NCBI GenBank assembly: GCA_946965045.2
Contig: OX337240.1
Span: 2,480,001 to 2,544,000, forward strand
Direction: 5' to 3'
Origin: Epithemia pelagica
Taxonomy: Eukaryota > Protista > Bacillariophyta
DNA: 64,000 nt
Shown: positions 23,301-35,208 of the stretch, in pieces
Layout: every line of letters starts with the position of its first letter
Numbering within the stretch: the stretch's first letter is position 1
Notes under the pieces: generated by a model
Database searches by the model: none
What the model was told of the DNA's origin: nothing
Seen by the model: only the letters and a program-made list of their open reading frames with translations
Position numbers and translations under genes: made by a program

Positions 23301-23640
23301 GGGATCCTGTCTGGTTGTTGCGGGCAGGGACAGTCAAACCGTGCAAGTCTTGGATACAAATCGCAACCGCGTGTGGAATCTTCCACCATTCGCGAATCAC
23401 CGCATTGGTTGCAGTATGGTGACTCTTGCGAATCAAATTGCACTGATTGGTGGGATTATGAATTCTACCTGTGCGACATTACCACTTATGGACAAGAATA
23501 CGTGGTGTTTCCGTCGACTCTGTGAGCAGCCGCCCAATGGATGGTATCATGGTCGGGAAGGATCAGGTTCCCGAGATGCCAATGGGATGGGGATCCGAGA
23601 TACCAATGTAAGACGCTGCTTGATCTCGACATTAGGTCGT
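20318..23640. repeat. Right arm of the large inverted duplication
   Basis: Reverse complement of ~7410-10152; carries the RXL membrane gene and an intact Kelch gene. Confidence 0.85.
20717..21721 (-). CDS. Two-exon RXL-motif type-I membrane protein, copy 2; complement(join(20717..21350,21492..21721))
   Basis: Near-identical to 8772..9774 with the same intron position and splice sites. Confidence 0.7.
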
Positions 23641-23646
23641 AAATGA
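22438..23646 (+). CDS. Kelch-repeat beta-propeller protein (no BTB or F-box domain seen)
   Basis: Repeated GG..(L/V)xSV(E/D)..W Kelch units (VIVLGG, VYVMGG, IVVMGG, IFVVGG) with family-specific N- and C-termini. Confidence 0.85.
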   Translation: MTMTLQEQAWQSGLVLLNETADWNQNDWPPLKGGWRYNHATVVLDHPDTENNNNNNINQGQTVIVLGGFKEDFTITNSVLLLNLANSNMQWREGTPMNKIRREHAAVVCNGGVYVMGGFLGGALDCMERIDSNDLLQSFSTTRSSKKSHWTTLSLRLLRGRDGCCAVAVHNRYIVVMGGQTNIRGENLSSVDIIDTRNHTLTAAPSMNVPRSSFASAVIGHRIFVVGGHNNDGNLDSVEYLDFVNHCDKEETNEDTAAAVISFSSTWTTHSNLALSVPPRYSCAAVAVGSCLVVAGRDSQTVQVLDTNRNRVWNLPPFANHRIGCSMVTLANQIALIGGIMNSTCATLPLMDKNTWCFRRLCEQPPNGWYHGREGSGSRDANGMGIRDTNVRRCLISTLGRK

Positions 23647-24154
23647 ACGGCGCCCAATACAAGCCATGATGAGAAAAGGGAAGGATGAAACTCAGATTGC
23701 ATGTCACGTCAAAACCTGAGGAAGCACTATCATGGAAATTATACTGTCAAACAATAGCCCTGTTGATGTCCCGAGATTTTAAGCTTGATGAAGATCACAT
23801 TGTCAATTCCTTAGTTACGTTGTGAATCCTATTAGTCTAGTTAATGAAAAACTGCAACTCACTTTACAGGAGTAGCTTGCTCTGTCGAAAAGACATCACA
23901 ATAGACAGGGATCAGAGAGCAACTCATAGCTGTTCCGGCTGTGCCACCGTGTCAGTTGACAATAGGTAACTCTCATTCTGTGCCACTGTGTCTGTTCACA
24001 ATCACTACTTCATTGCCTTGATGGGTGGTGGAGGACAAGAAGACTGTTCGGTTCACACATCCCGATGAAAGCAACTCCAATTCGCTATTTGTCGTACCCA
24101 CGTCGGTCAATCGTCGTCGCTTTGGAGTCGCCATGGTGAGCAACGACATTTGGA

Positions 24155-24469
24155 TTGTCCATTGTCGCAAGGAGGAATACACTTGCATCAACAATCGGTA
24201 GCGAGTTTCGAATTCCATGTCCGATCGCCACCACCAAAACGGAACAATGGTGCATTTCCAAACTTCTGTTCACCCTTTGCGTGGAAGTTGCAGCCGGGTT
24301 GCTCTCTACACGTGACGTTGGAAAAGCATTGATCCACTCTGGTGGTAAGGACAATTATCATATGCAGTTGTCGTCCGTCCAAGTCATTGATCCAAACAGC
24401 AATCAAGCCTGGGCCGTTTTGGAAGCCACACAGCAATGGTTGGTCGTTTCAAAGACTGATCCACAATGA
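24155..24469 (+). pseudogene. Divergent Kelch-repeat relic
   Basis: GGKDNYHMQLSSVQVIDPNSNQAW resembles a single Kelch unit; no full gene context. Confidence 0.45.
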
Positions 24470-24509
24470 AAAGGTAATGCGGAGTACAACACCCAAAGTT
24501 GCAAGGACG

Positions 24510-25380
24510 AGCTAGACTCGTTTCAGAGGCAGGCTGTGCCAATTCGGACCAAGGCTTGGTGCAATCCTGAAGCTCAAGGTACCCTTGCGCGTCACATTGA
24601 CTAAAGAACAGCGTTGTTGTTGTTGTCGTCGCATGGACAAGGACACTGCGTTGAATTTGTCCACTCCAACCAAACTAGGCCAACATTGGAATCTATCGAG
24701 CCGTATACTCAAACACATTTCTGCAATGTTGTTGTTGTTGCTGCTGCTTGGATTCAAGGTCGTTGGGATTGATGTTTCATGTAAGAGAACACACACAGGC
24801 ATAGGACAAGGTCTCTCATTGTCTTGTTCCTGTTGTAGTGCCGTTGTACCACCGCCTCTGTTTCAGAAATTTCGGAATGTGATGTCGCATCCGTGTTGGA
24901 AAAGGGCCCAAATTCAACCCCCGAATCTGTCAGTTTTTCGTCGTTGGTAGTTTGACCATGGCAATATTGCCATGGTCTTGTTTGTCTGGTGTTGAGTGCG
25001 ACGCGTTTTCCGCCGACCCTAGAGAGATGTTATGAGCAATGAATGGTACTTGGTGTTGTCGTTGCTGCTCTGTTCGAGGAAGGTCAGTCTCATTGGCTGC
25101 ATATTATGAATAGGCTGGGTTTCGGTATCGCTCTCGTTACCATTGCGGTTGGTTGACAGAGTCGGATGAATCAAGGACGAGACTGACAATATTGGATCCA
25201 TCCTCATTGTCGTCTGGCTGTTGTGATGGTGGTGCTCTACAATATGATGTGCTCTTGTTGTTGTTTCTGTTGCTGCTGCTCCAGCAAGGTAAAAGCTCGC
25301 AAACGAATGCCATGGTTGTCATGATTGTCAATATCTGGAACGACACAGCATCAGGAAGAATGGGATTCGTGTTGACGACC
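24510..25380. repeat. Degenerate ~0.9 kb direct repeat, copy 1 (copy 2 at ~27690-28660)
   Basis: Shared blocks such as CACACAGGCAT.GGACAAGG, GGATCCATCCTCATTGTCGTCTGGCTGTT and ATATCTGGAACGACACAGCATCAGGAAGAATGGGA. Confidence 0.75.
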
Positions 25381-25687
25381 AGTTTCATTTCGGTGCGACA
25401 CAGGCCGTTGTCCAGGCATTGGTCGCTGTGGCGATATTACAAACCGATGCATGTTTAATAATATATTCAAGAAGTTGGTGGAGATGTGCCATCGGCAATC
25501 GGCAACGAAAAAGATGTGTCACCACGCCAAAAGATACGTAAGGGCTTTTGTCATGTAGTCTATGTGCGATCCGTACACCTCCTGCGAACGACAGACACCC
25601 GACCCCCGTTCTCAACCATGAAAAGCACTCTCTGCTCTCTGCTCCTCACGTTTGCTCTTTCGTGTCGTAAATCGTAAGTGAAAGAAC

Positions 25688-26923
25688 ATGACCATGACCC
25701 TGAAACAACAAGCATGGCAGTCGGGCCTTGTCCTTCTGGATGAGACAGCAGAATAGAATGAAACTGATTGGCCTCCTCTTGATAGAGGACGATGGCGAGA
25801 CTATCATGCATCGGTCGTACTTGATCACCCCGATAACGAAAACAAAACCACCACCAACAACGAACAAACTGTCGTCGTAATGGGAGGATCTCAACAAGGC
25901 CAAGGCATTGTCAATTCCGTTCTGTTATTGAATTTAACAGAATCAAACAAACAGTGGCGCGAAGGTCCATCCATGAACAAGAGACGCTCTGGACATACGG
26001 CTGTTGTGTGCAGCGGAGGCGTCTACGTAATGGGAGGAGAAATGACTGGATTTTCAAGTTTGGCTTGTATGGAACGAATTGACGTAAACGATTTGCTGCG
26101 ATCATCTATAACAACAAACAACGCCAATGAGAGTCATTGGACGACATTGATATGTCGGTTATCATCGCAACGATATTGGTGTGGTGCCGTTGCGGTTCAA
26201 GACCGGTACATTGTGGTAATGGGTGGCAGCACTGATCAGGATTATTTGTCGTCGGTGGATATTATTGATACCAAGAACCACACTGTCACTGCGGCTCCAA
26301 GCATGAACGCTCCTCGAGTGTTGTGTGCCAGTGCGGTCATAGGTCACCGCATCTTTGTCGTTGGAGGCCATAACAAGCGTGGCGCTCTTGATTCGGTAGA
26401 GTACATTGACTTTGCAGGGCCATGTGATAATGAGGAAACAAAGGAGGACACGACTGTGACACTCATTTCTTTTTCGTCCACTTGGAGCACTCATCCTAAT
26501 ATGGTGCTTTCCAATGCACGAAGGTCTTGTGTAATGGTTGCCGTGGGATCCTGTCTGGTGGTGGCGGGAGGACGAGGCCATTCAACCGTGGAAGTCTTGG
26601 ATACGCACCGCAACTGCGTGTGGAATTTCCCGCAAGTTGAAAATGACCGCATTGGCTGCAGTCTAGTGACTGCTGCCAGTCAAATTGCCGTGATTAGTGG
26701 ATGGCACAATTCTACTTGTAAGACAATGCCACTAACGGACAAGCATACGTGGTGTTTTCGACGACTCTGTCAGCAGCCTCGGAACGGATGGTACCAGTCT
26801 CGGGAAGGAATGGTTATCCGAGATGTCAATGTATCATCCTGCGCCATCTTGTCATCAAATCGTAAACGAGTAAGGACCACTAATGCATGGCATGGTGGTA
26901 TTAGAGAGGAGGATTGCACGTGA
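25688..26923 (+). pseudogene. Kelch-repeat gene with a single nonsense codon near the N-terminus
   Basis: An in-frame ATG at 25688 matches the family start. TAG at 25754-25756 stands where paralogs have TGG (W). The remainder (ORF 25880..26923) is intact and close to 30925..32154. Confidence 0.8.
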
Positions 26924-27689
26924 AATGTGCCACAGCATGCACGTCACATCAAAAACTGAGTAAACAATATCATGGAAATTGCCATGCTCATGTCACGAGA
27001 TTTAAAGCTTTGATGAAGATCATGTCACTCCTAAGTTACGTTGTTAATCCAATTAGTAAATGAAAAGCGCCAACTCACCATCAGTATATTGGAGTGGCTT
27101 GCTCTGCCGAAAAGACATTGCAATGGAAAGGGACCAAAGAGCAACTCGAGCTTGTTTTGAAGGCATCCACCTTATATAGCATATGACTGCACATGAATTT
27201 CCTTCTAATGTCAAGGCTTGTGTGGCAGTCGGATAAAACTATGAGACCCATGCTTCCTCCATGCCGATTGTCCTATAATAGGTTACAGTTTTCGCTCTTA
27301 TCTACTACAAACTACTTAATATCATGGTTGCAGCGTCGTGTACTATCAAGCAACACACCACGACTGCACACAGAACCAAAAATGACAAAGTTTGGCATGT
27401 AGTTCTCTTTTTGGTGGAGGAGCACAAGGTGTCTTTTTCGGAATGGTATGAGTTTACCTGCCATGATGGACTCGCGGCAGCCTCAGAGAGCTCAAGCCTC
27501 ATGTCACCGGACAAAGAGAACAAGTGGTACAAAACACTAATGGTGAGCATCTTGTGCACGGGATTTTTGGGGTAGAATGCACACCAAACGTTCCTTAGAG
27601 TACTGGAACAGTATTGCTCGTCGACACTGCTTTGTGAATGTTCTTGACGTGGAGTACAACACCCATGGACGGACAAAAGACTCGTTTCC

Positions 27690-28930
27690 GAAAAAGACTG
27701 CACCGATTGGTCTTGGTAGAATCGTGAAGCTCAACGTACACTTGGGTCACGTTTTGACTGAATAAGAAAAGCATTGTGGTTGCCGTCGTCCCAGGGACAC
27801 AAGGGCAATGAGTCGAGCTTTTCGGGTCCTGCCAAACCAAGGGCGAGGCTCCAGGCCAATCAATATTCACCAGAGAATCGATCGAGCCCCACTCAAAAAT
27901 GCACTTCCGCAATGTTGCCGCTGCTGCCGCTACTACCAGAATTGGATTCACAGTCGATATCCATGATCGCGTTCAATGTTTCATGTCAGAGAACACACAG
28001 GCATTGGACAAGGCCACTCTATCGTTGTCTTGTTCCTGTGATTGACGTCGTACTACTACCACCTCTCTTTCAGAAATGATGGAACTGGATGGTTTTGGAA
28101 AAAGACCCCCCAGAATGCAACTCCCGAATCTGTCAGTCCCATCCTGCCAATAAGGCCAATGGAATTTCCAAGGTCATCTTGTGTTGCAATGGTCTTGTCT
28201 TTGGTCCTTTGTGGTTCCACCATGACCATAAATAGAGCCACATGGTCTTGTGTTTGTAGGGTGTTTGTCTGCGTCGCGTGCTCCGTCGACACTAGAGATT
28301 CTGCGAGTAATGTGGTGCTTGGTGTTGCTTTTGTTGTGGTTGGTTGGATCGAAAGACCAATCCCATTGTCGGCACACTATACCACAAATTATTGAGGTTT
28401 CATTGGCTGGTCGTCCTATGGGTATCGCTCGTGTTGCCATTGCTGTCACTGGACAAACTCGGGTGAATCAAGGACGACACTGACAATATTATTGGATCCA
28501 TCCTCATTGTCGTCTGGCTGTTATGGTGGTGGTGCTCTATAATGTGCTCTTGCTGTTTTTATGTTGCTGCTGTCCATCAAGGTAGCTCGCAAAAGAATGC
28601 CATTCCTGTCATGATCGTCAATATCTGGAACGACACAGCATCAGGAAGAATGGGAATTTCCAATCCACTGCAATCATTCTTGGTGGTCGTCCAATTGCAT
28701 CCTTGTACCCCCTCCAGAAGAAGAACAAGACTCTTCCGACCATTGCTCTGTGTTGATGATGTGTATAGATGGATATACAGCACCGAACAGTATTGACAAA
28801 GAGGGTTTCACCACACCTCACGTGTCCCCCTTTCAGTCAAGTCCAGTGCCCCACGTGTCGTTGCTGCCCCCAGGAAGAACATTTTTCAGGACGAGAATGG
28901 ATCGAAATAGGTGCATATCCGTATACAGAA
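27690..28930. repeat. Mosaic repeat: copy 2 of the 24.5 kb block fused to a third copy of the ~270 bp module at 8290-8560 / 21930-22200
   Basis: 28660-28930 contains TCCACTGCAATCATTCTTGGTGGTCGTCCAATTGCA...GGACGAGAATGGATCGAAATAGGTGC, shared with the inverted arms. Confidence 0.75.
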
Positions 28931-29393
28931 GAGGTACATCTACAGTTATTGGTTTTGTGTTTGACTCCGATCTCCGTCATCCTGGCACATTGTCGTCTTT
29001 GCCGCGATGTGATGACATAGCAAGAACAACTACGGCCGGTTGTCCTTCCTACTCGGAACGAAGAGAGCAGGCACAGACAGAAGGCATGCGCATGCCCGAC
29101 ATCGACATGTGTTTTGGATTTTCGTCGCGCCGGGCGACCTTATTCGTGACGTGCAACGCATCAAACTCCTCAGCGAGCAGGGCCGCTATACTTTTCGTCA
29201 GGGTTGACGGCACAAATCTTTTTTTGGATCTTCTCAATGTATTACTCCTAGGAGTAGGAATTAGGACCTGCATCTACCATCTCTTCCTTTATCGTTAACA
29301 CACTCTCTCTCTCGAAAGAAATATAGTTGCGATTGCGCTCTCCACATCGATTGTTTCCCCTCAGCAGACACCATCAGTACTCCTACAAACAAA

Positions 29394-30683
29394 ATGGCCG
29401 AACAACACCCACCAAAAGATATTGTGCCGGGCTGTGGTGAATGGAAGGACAATGATTGGCCTCCGCTGTTGGGACCTTGGAGATATGGTCATGAAGCGGT
29501 CGTTGTACCAGCACCATCCTCCTCATCATTGGATTCCAAGGAACCCGTCGTTGCCGCAGTCGTGGTAGTGTTGGGAGGAGAACATGAAGATGAACAGGTA
29601 TTTGACTCGGTTCAATGGTTGCCCCTTGTTGTTGGTGGTGGTGCTACCACCACGATAACCACCACACTGAAACCACAGTCGTCGTGGCAAACCGGACCGT
29701 CCCTGAATACTCCACGGAGCCAACATGCCAGTGTCCTCTGCAATGGTGCCATTTATGCCATGGGTGGATTCAATGGATGGTCCCCTCTGAATAGCATTGA
29801 ACGCATTTCGGTTCCAGATATTTGGGCATCTACTAGTTCTAATACGAGACAAAAAACGACCAACACTACGAGGGGATGGACCACTCTCTCTTGTCGATTG
29901 CAAATGGGGCGAATCGGATGTACGGCTGCCGTGGTACAAAATCGGTACATTGTCGTGGGTGGTGGTCAGTATGGGACCATTTTGTCGTCGGTGGAAATTC
30001 TCGATACGCGTGGCCGCAATAACACTATTACCATGGTACCAGGACCATCTCTGTGTGTTCCACGATCCAATGGGGCCATGACCGTCTGTGCTGGGAGCAA
30101 CAATCGTGTGTACATGACGGGAGGAGAAGATGAGGAGACGGGTGCCCTGTCGTCGATCGAGTATTTGGAATTTTACACAACACCATCTTCCTCCTCTTCT
30201 GCACAAGTCACCTTTTCCTCGTCGTGGAAAGTGGATACGACTCTGGCTCTGCCGGGTGGACCTCGGTATTATCATGCGGCCGTAAATGTAGTCACGGCCA
30301 ACAACAGCAACAACAAGCAAACGGATACTGCTACTGCACCTCCGTCGTCGTCATCAGTTTTGGTGGTGGCGGGTGGATCCAATGGATGGGGCAGTTCTGA
30401 AACGTCGGTTCCAGTACTTGTACAGGATCCCACCAGTAGCAACGGCAACGGCGTACTCGTATGGAAGAACTTGCCCCCCACGACTCGTTCCATGGGACAC
30501 CATGGTGGTGCACTTGTCGCAGTACAGCATCCAATGGATCCTCAACAAGTGGTGTTGGCTGTTTTGGGAGGATTGAACCAATCCTCGTGTGAAACACTGC
30601 AGTGGAGAGTTTCCGTCAAGGACGGCAACGACGACAAAGAGACAACAGCCACCACACAATCCACCACCACCACTACCAAATAG
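29394..30683 (+). CDS. Divergent Kelch-repeat protein
   Basis: NDWPPL.G.WRYGH start plus Kelch units (VVLGG, YAMGG, IVVGGG, VYMTGG, LVVAGG). Confidence 0.8.
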   Translation: MAEQHPPKDIVPGCGEWKDNDWPPLLGPWRYGHEAVVVPAPSSSSLDSKEPVVAAVVVVLGGEHEDEQVFDSVQWLPLVVGGGATTTITTTLKPQSSWQTGPSLNTPRSQHASVLCNGAIYAMGGFNGWSPLNSIERISVPDIWASTSSNTRQKTTNTTRGWTTLSCRLQMGRIGCTAAVVQNRYIVVGGGQYGTILSSVEILDTRGRNNTITMVPGPSLCVPRSNGAMTVCAGSNNRVYMTGGEDEETGALSSIEYLEFYTTPSSSSSAQVTFSSSWKVDTTLALPGGPRYYHAAVNVVTANNSNNKQTDTATAPPSSSSVLVVAGGSNGWGSSETSVPVLVQDPTSSNGNGVLVWKNLPPTTRSMGHHGGALVAVQHPMDPQQVVLAVLGGLNQSSCETLQWRVSVKDGNDDKETTATTQSTTTTTK

Positions 30684-30924
30684 GAGCCCTCTTCCGAACG
30701 GGGGCTGGTGTTCCTCTCGACTCTATATAAGGTTACATAGGTAGTTCTCTTTCTTGTGGAGATGTGGCATCGGCAACGGAAAAGATGTCACCGGTCACCG
30801 TGCTTGTCATGTAGTCTATGTGCGACCCGATAACAGCTCGCTCCTACGAACGACAGACAACCCCGACCTGTTCTCAACCATCAACCTCACGTTTGCTCTC
30901 TTTCGTGTTGGAAATCGTAAGTGA

Positions 30925-32154
30925 ATGAACATGATCATGACCCTGAAAGAACAAGCATGGCAGTCGGGCCTTGTCCTTTCGGATGAAACAGCACAATGGA
31001 ATGAAACTGATTGGCCTCCTCTTGAAAGAGGATGGCGAGACGATCATGCATCGGTCGTACTTGATCACCCCGATAACGAAAACAAGCCAAACAACAACAA
31101 CAACATCGAACAAACTGTCGTCGTAATGGGAGGATCTCAACAAGGCCAAGGCATTGTCAATTCCGTTCTGTTTTTGAATCTGTCAGACCCAGACAAGCAG
31201 TGGCGCGAAGGGCCACCCATGAACAAGCGACGCTCTGGACATACCGCTGTTGTGTGCAGCGGAGGCGTCTACGTAATAGGAGGACGCAGTGGATCCTCAA
31301 GTTTGGCTTGTATGGAACGAATTGATTCCAAAGATATACTACAATCATCTATAACAACAAACAACGCTAATGAGAGTCATTGGACGACATTGACATGTCG
31401 GTTATCATCGCAACGATCTGGGTGTTGTGCTGTTGCGGTTCAAGACCGGTACATTGTGGCAATGGGTGGCAAGAATGATGAGTATTATTTTTCGTCGGTG
31501 GATATTATTGATACCAAGAACCACACTGTCACTGCGGCTCCAAGCATGAACGCTCCTCGAGCGTTTTGTGCCAGTGCGGTCATAGGTCACCGTATCTTTG
31601 TCGTTGGAGGCCATGACAAGTATGACTCGCCTGCCTCGGTAGAGTGCATTGACTTTGCAGGGCCATGTGATAATGAGGAGTCAAAGGAGGACACGGCTGC
31701 GACTGCGACACTCATTTCTTTCTCGACCACCTGGAGCACTCATCCTAATATGGTGCTTTGGCGAACTTCTTGTGCAATGGTTGCCATGGGATCCTGTCTG
31801 CTGGTGGCGGGAGGATGGGGCGAGAACACCGTGCAAGTCTTGGATACGCACCGCAACCGCGTGTGGAATTTCCCGCTAGCTGAAAATGAACGCAATGGCT
31901 GCAGTCTAGTGACTGTTGCCAAGCAAATTGCCGTTATTAGTGGATGGCGCAATCCTACCTGTAAGACAATTCCACTTATGGACAAGCATACGTGGTGTTT
32001 TCGACGACTCTGTCAGCAGCCTCGGAACGAATGGTACCACTTTCAGGAAGGAATGGTAATCCGAGATGTCAATGTATCATCCTACGCCATCTTGTCATCA
32101 AACCTTAAACGAGTGAGGAGGCATGGTGGTATTAGAGAGGAGGATTGCACGTGA
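30925..32154 (+). CDS. Kelch-repeat protein
   Basis: Intact ORF from the same family. Shares 5' and 3' flanks with the 25.5-27.3 kb unit. Confidence 0.85.
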   Translation: MNMIMTLKEQAWQSGLVLSDETAQWNETDWPPLERGWRDDHASVVLDHPDNENKPNNNNNIEQTVVVMGGSQQGQGIVNSVLFLNLSDPDKQWREGPPMNKRRSGHTAVVCSGGVYVIGGRSGSSSLACMERIDSKDILQSSITTNNANESHWTTLTCRLSSQRSGCCAVAVQDRYIVAMGGKNDEYYFSSVDIIDTKNHTVTAAPSMNAPRAFCASAVIGHRIFVVGGHDKYDSPASVECIDFAGPCDNEESKEDTAATATLISFSTTWSTHPNMVLWRTSCAMVAMGSCLLVAGGWGENTVQVLDTHRNRVWNFPLAENERNGCSLVTVAKQIAVISGWRNPTCKTIPLMDKHTWCFRRLCQQPRNEWYHFQEGMVIRDVNVSSYAILSSNLKRVRRHGGIREEDCT

Positions 32155-32469
32155 AATGTGCCACAGCATGCACGTCACATCAAAAACTGAGTAAACAATA
32201 TCATGGAAATTGTTGTGCTTATGTCACGAGATTTAAAGCTTTGATGATGATCACGTCACTCCTAAGTTACGTTGTTAATCCAATTAGTATATGAAAAGCG
32301 CCAACTCACACTATCACTATACAGGAGTGGCTTGTTCTGTCGAAAAGACATTACAATGGAAAGGGACCAAAGAGCAACTCGTAGCTTGTTTTGAAGGCAT
32401 CGACTTAATATAGCATATCAGCGCTCATGAATTTCCTTCTGATGCGGCAGTCGGATATGCCTATGATGC

Positions 32470-35190
32470 CAGATTCCTTCTTGTCGTCACAGCCATTGTC
32501 ATGATGCATGGATCTGCCATGGTCATATATCAGCATTCTTGAAGACTTGCGGTAATAGCAGGAGGCTTTTCAAGCATTTTCTTCACCACATCGATTCCTA
32601 ATGTCAAGCGTGGAAAGGCAAAGGTTTCGGTGCCTGTGATCCAGCTGTCTGACACAAAACAATTGTTTCGTTGACATTGTTCATGTCAGTATCCCAAGAG
32701 AAATGTCTGTCGGCCGTGGAAGCAGTCTCCATTCGGAAGGGGTCCCCCCATGTCGGTCCATCGTCGTTGCTTTGGAACTGACGTGGTGGGCAACGGCATA
32801 TAATTGTCAGTCACCGCAAGGAGGACTCTCCCTGCACCAACACTTTGGTAGCGTCGTTTCCTTGGCCTAGGTGATAGATCCCGGTGCGAGGTGCCAACTG
32901 TTTGTATCCGGAATCTGTTTCATGCAAGTCCATTGCAACAAGAACAAAAACAAGACAACCACTTAGGTCCAGTTCATTATTTTCCATTGGTGTTTGTCCT
33001 TGAACACTTACCATCAATCGAAGTGCACCTTCATCATCAAGACTGCAATGAGACAAGCATGACGATGATTCACCATCATTCCGTACCTCTGACAAGGCCT
33101 TGAGACCACGGTCGGTGATGCAAGGTAAACCAACATGTCATTCGTGATCTTCTTGGACAAACGCCAATTTTCTCACTCCTGCATTAGATGCATCTTTGTT
33201 TGCAATGGAAAAGTAAAACCACTTGTCGTTACCATCCAACGCGCCCAAATTTCCGCACTCCGTGTTTATCAACCTTCTTAGTACGAGCCACATTCACGCA
33301 ACGCCAATCACACTTGCTTTTCACAGCCTCAACTAGCGCCTTGATCCCAGTATCATCAAGAGGCACATGCGCCAGATCAAAAATTTGCCATAGATGACTG
33401 TTTTGTAACATGTCTGCAATGACATTAGCTCCGTCATCTCCAATGTACAGATGACTCAACAACAAACGAAACCAATGGACGTTGCCTTGTGGTCGAGATG
33501 CAAGAGCGGCTGATGGTACAAAAGCACTGGTGCTGTCCATGTTCCCTGTCGTTGGACTATCACCTTTTGGATTGACTGGATCAATCAAAGGGCGTCTGGA
33601 AAGGTCAACCGTCTTGTGTTGTGCATTGAGATGGTTCGAGCAATGGGAAACGGTCTACCAACACAGAGAGCCCGATTTGAAGACAGCATGTCTATTAATC
33701 CATGGATGGCCAGCATTGTCCCCAAAATACTGAGTCATTTCGAGGGCATTGGTTGCTTTGTGAGGACTAAATTGGAAATGGTTTGTTCCGTCACTCCAAT
33801 TCGACTGGATTGACGGAAAAGAAACCATTTCGAATTTAATCCTATTCTTCTCCAACCGTAGGCGGACGGCATGGCCAAACTTGAGGACGGCTTCACCAAA
33901 CTTGAGCCATCCAAAGAAACGTGACGTGTTGTGTGCACTGAGATGGTTCGAGGAATGGGAAACAGTCTACCAACACGGAAAGCCCGATTGGAAGACAGCA
34001 TGTATATTCATCCATGGATGGCCAGCAGTGTCCCAAATACTCAGCCATTTCGAGGGCATCGGTTGCTTTGAGAGGACTAAATTGGAAATGGTTTGTTCCA
34101 TAACTCCAATTTCGACTGGATTGACGGAGGAAACCATTGCAAATTTGATCCTATTCTTGTCCAACCGTAGGCGGACGGCATGGCCAAACTTGAGGACGGC
34201 TTCACCAAACTTGAGCCATCCAAAGAAACTACCACAGTAGTCTGCAGATAAAAAGCAAACGGTTCCCAGTCGTTTGGCGTTTTCAGAAGAGGAGATACCA
34301 TCATTTCCATCCCTTGGTCTAGAGTATCATGAGGGAGACTCACCATACAATAGTTCCAACACGTGTGTCTACAGAGACTCTCGGCCACTATGCGGACAAG
34401 TTTTGCCTGGCCTAAATCCAGATCAAACACTCGCAGACTATGTTACCATGCAGTGAGTTAGCAACGGATGCCTGTCCATCAGGATTCTCTGGTGGAAACC
34501 ATCTGACAATGCTTCCGATGGATCCGACCCATATCAAGACAGCCAAGTTGTAATGAATTCCATGTCTTATTGACACGCAAGGTTTTCATCAAGGCTTTGA
34601 CTCCACTCACAGAAGCAAGAACATGAATTTGGTCTGTTGGGTATTTTGCTGCAGCGCTCCTGAAAGTGCTTCAACTCCTCTGGCAGGAGCGCTGCAGCAA
34701 AATACCCAATAGACCAAATGTACTCGATTGAAAACCGCATTGCCGAATCCATTAGGTCTCCCGCGACGGATTCAGTAGCACAGAGCATTTTGCCAACCGA
34801 ACTGCCGTTGTGTCGTCCAAGTCTTGAACGCCACGCAGTATCAGATATGGGGATATTGACCTGCACCACACATCTGGGAGCAGCAGATTGTCCCTTCATC
34901 CCTGAGGATGTCTCTCCGTATCCAAATCTACTAAGAGTAAGACTTGCGCTTCCCTTTGATGTTGATTGTTGATCGTTCCACCCAAAGATTCGTCGTTGTT
35001 GAGGATGATCCACGGGATCTGGCTCCGGGTGACTTGTATCCCTCCAACCTCCAACTCCAACTCCTCCAACGCGCGCACCAGTAGCCTGCCGCGCGTTTTC
35101 GACTAGCAAAGTCAGTCGTGCTTCCAGTCCCGAGCAAAAACCCACCCCCAAAACCCAAATAACCTTTGATCGATCTGTCAATCCTCATAC
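32470..35190 (-). pseudogene. Decayed ribonuclease-inhibitor-like LRR gene
   Basis: Fragments in several frames: LSHLYIGDDGANVIADMLQN..LDDTGIKALVEAV, LDDEGALRL, LRLDKNRI and LSTLDIRN. Many stops; boundaries approximate. Confidence 0.5.
33616..34229. repeat. Tandem duplication with ~309 bp period inside the LRR relic
   Basis: Two units; the terminal ~69 bp (CCAACCGTAGGCGG...CCAAAGAAAC) are identical at 33852-33920 and 34161-34229. Confidence 0.85.
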
Positions 35191-35208
35191 ATTTTCTGCT
35201 GTCAACGT

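Noticed and set aside
29000-29300. Short minus-strand ORF (SIAALLAEEFDAL)
   Set aside because: Helical-looking, but no family could be recognised with confidence.
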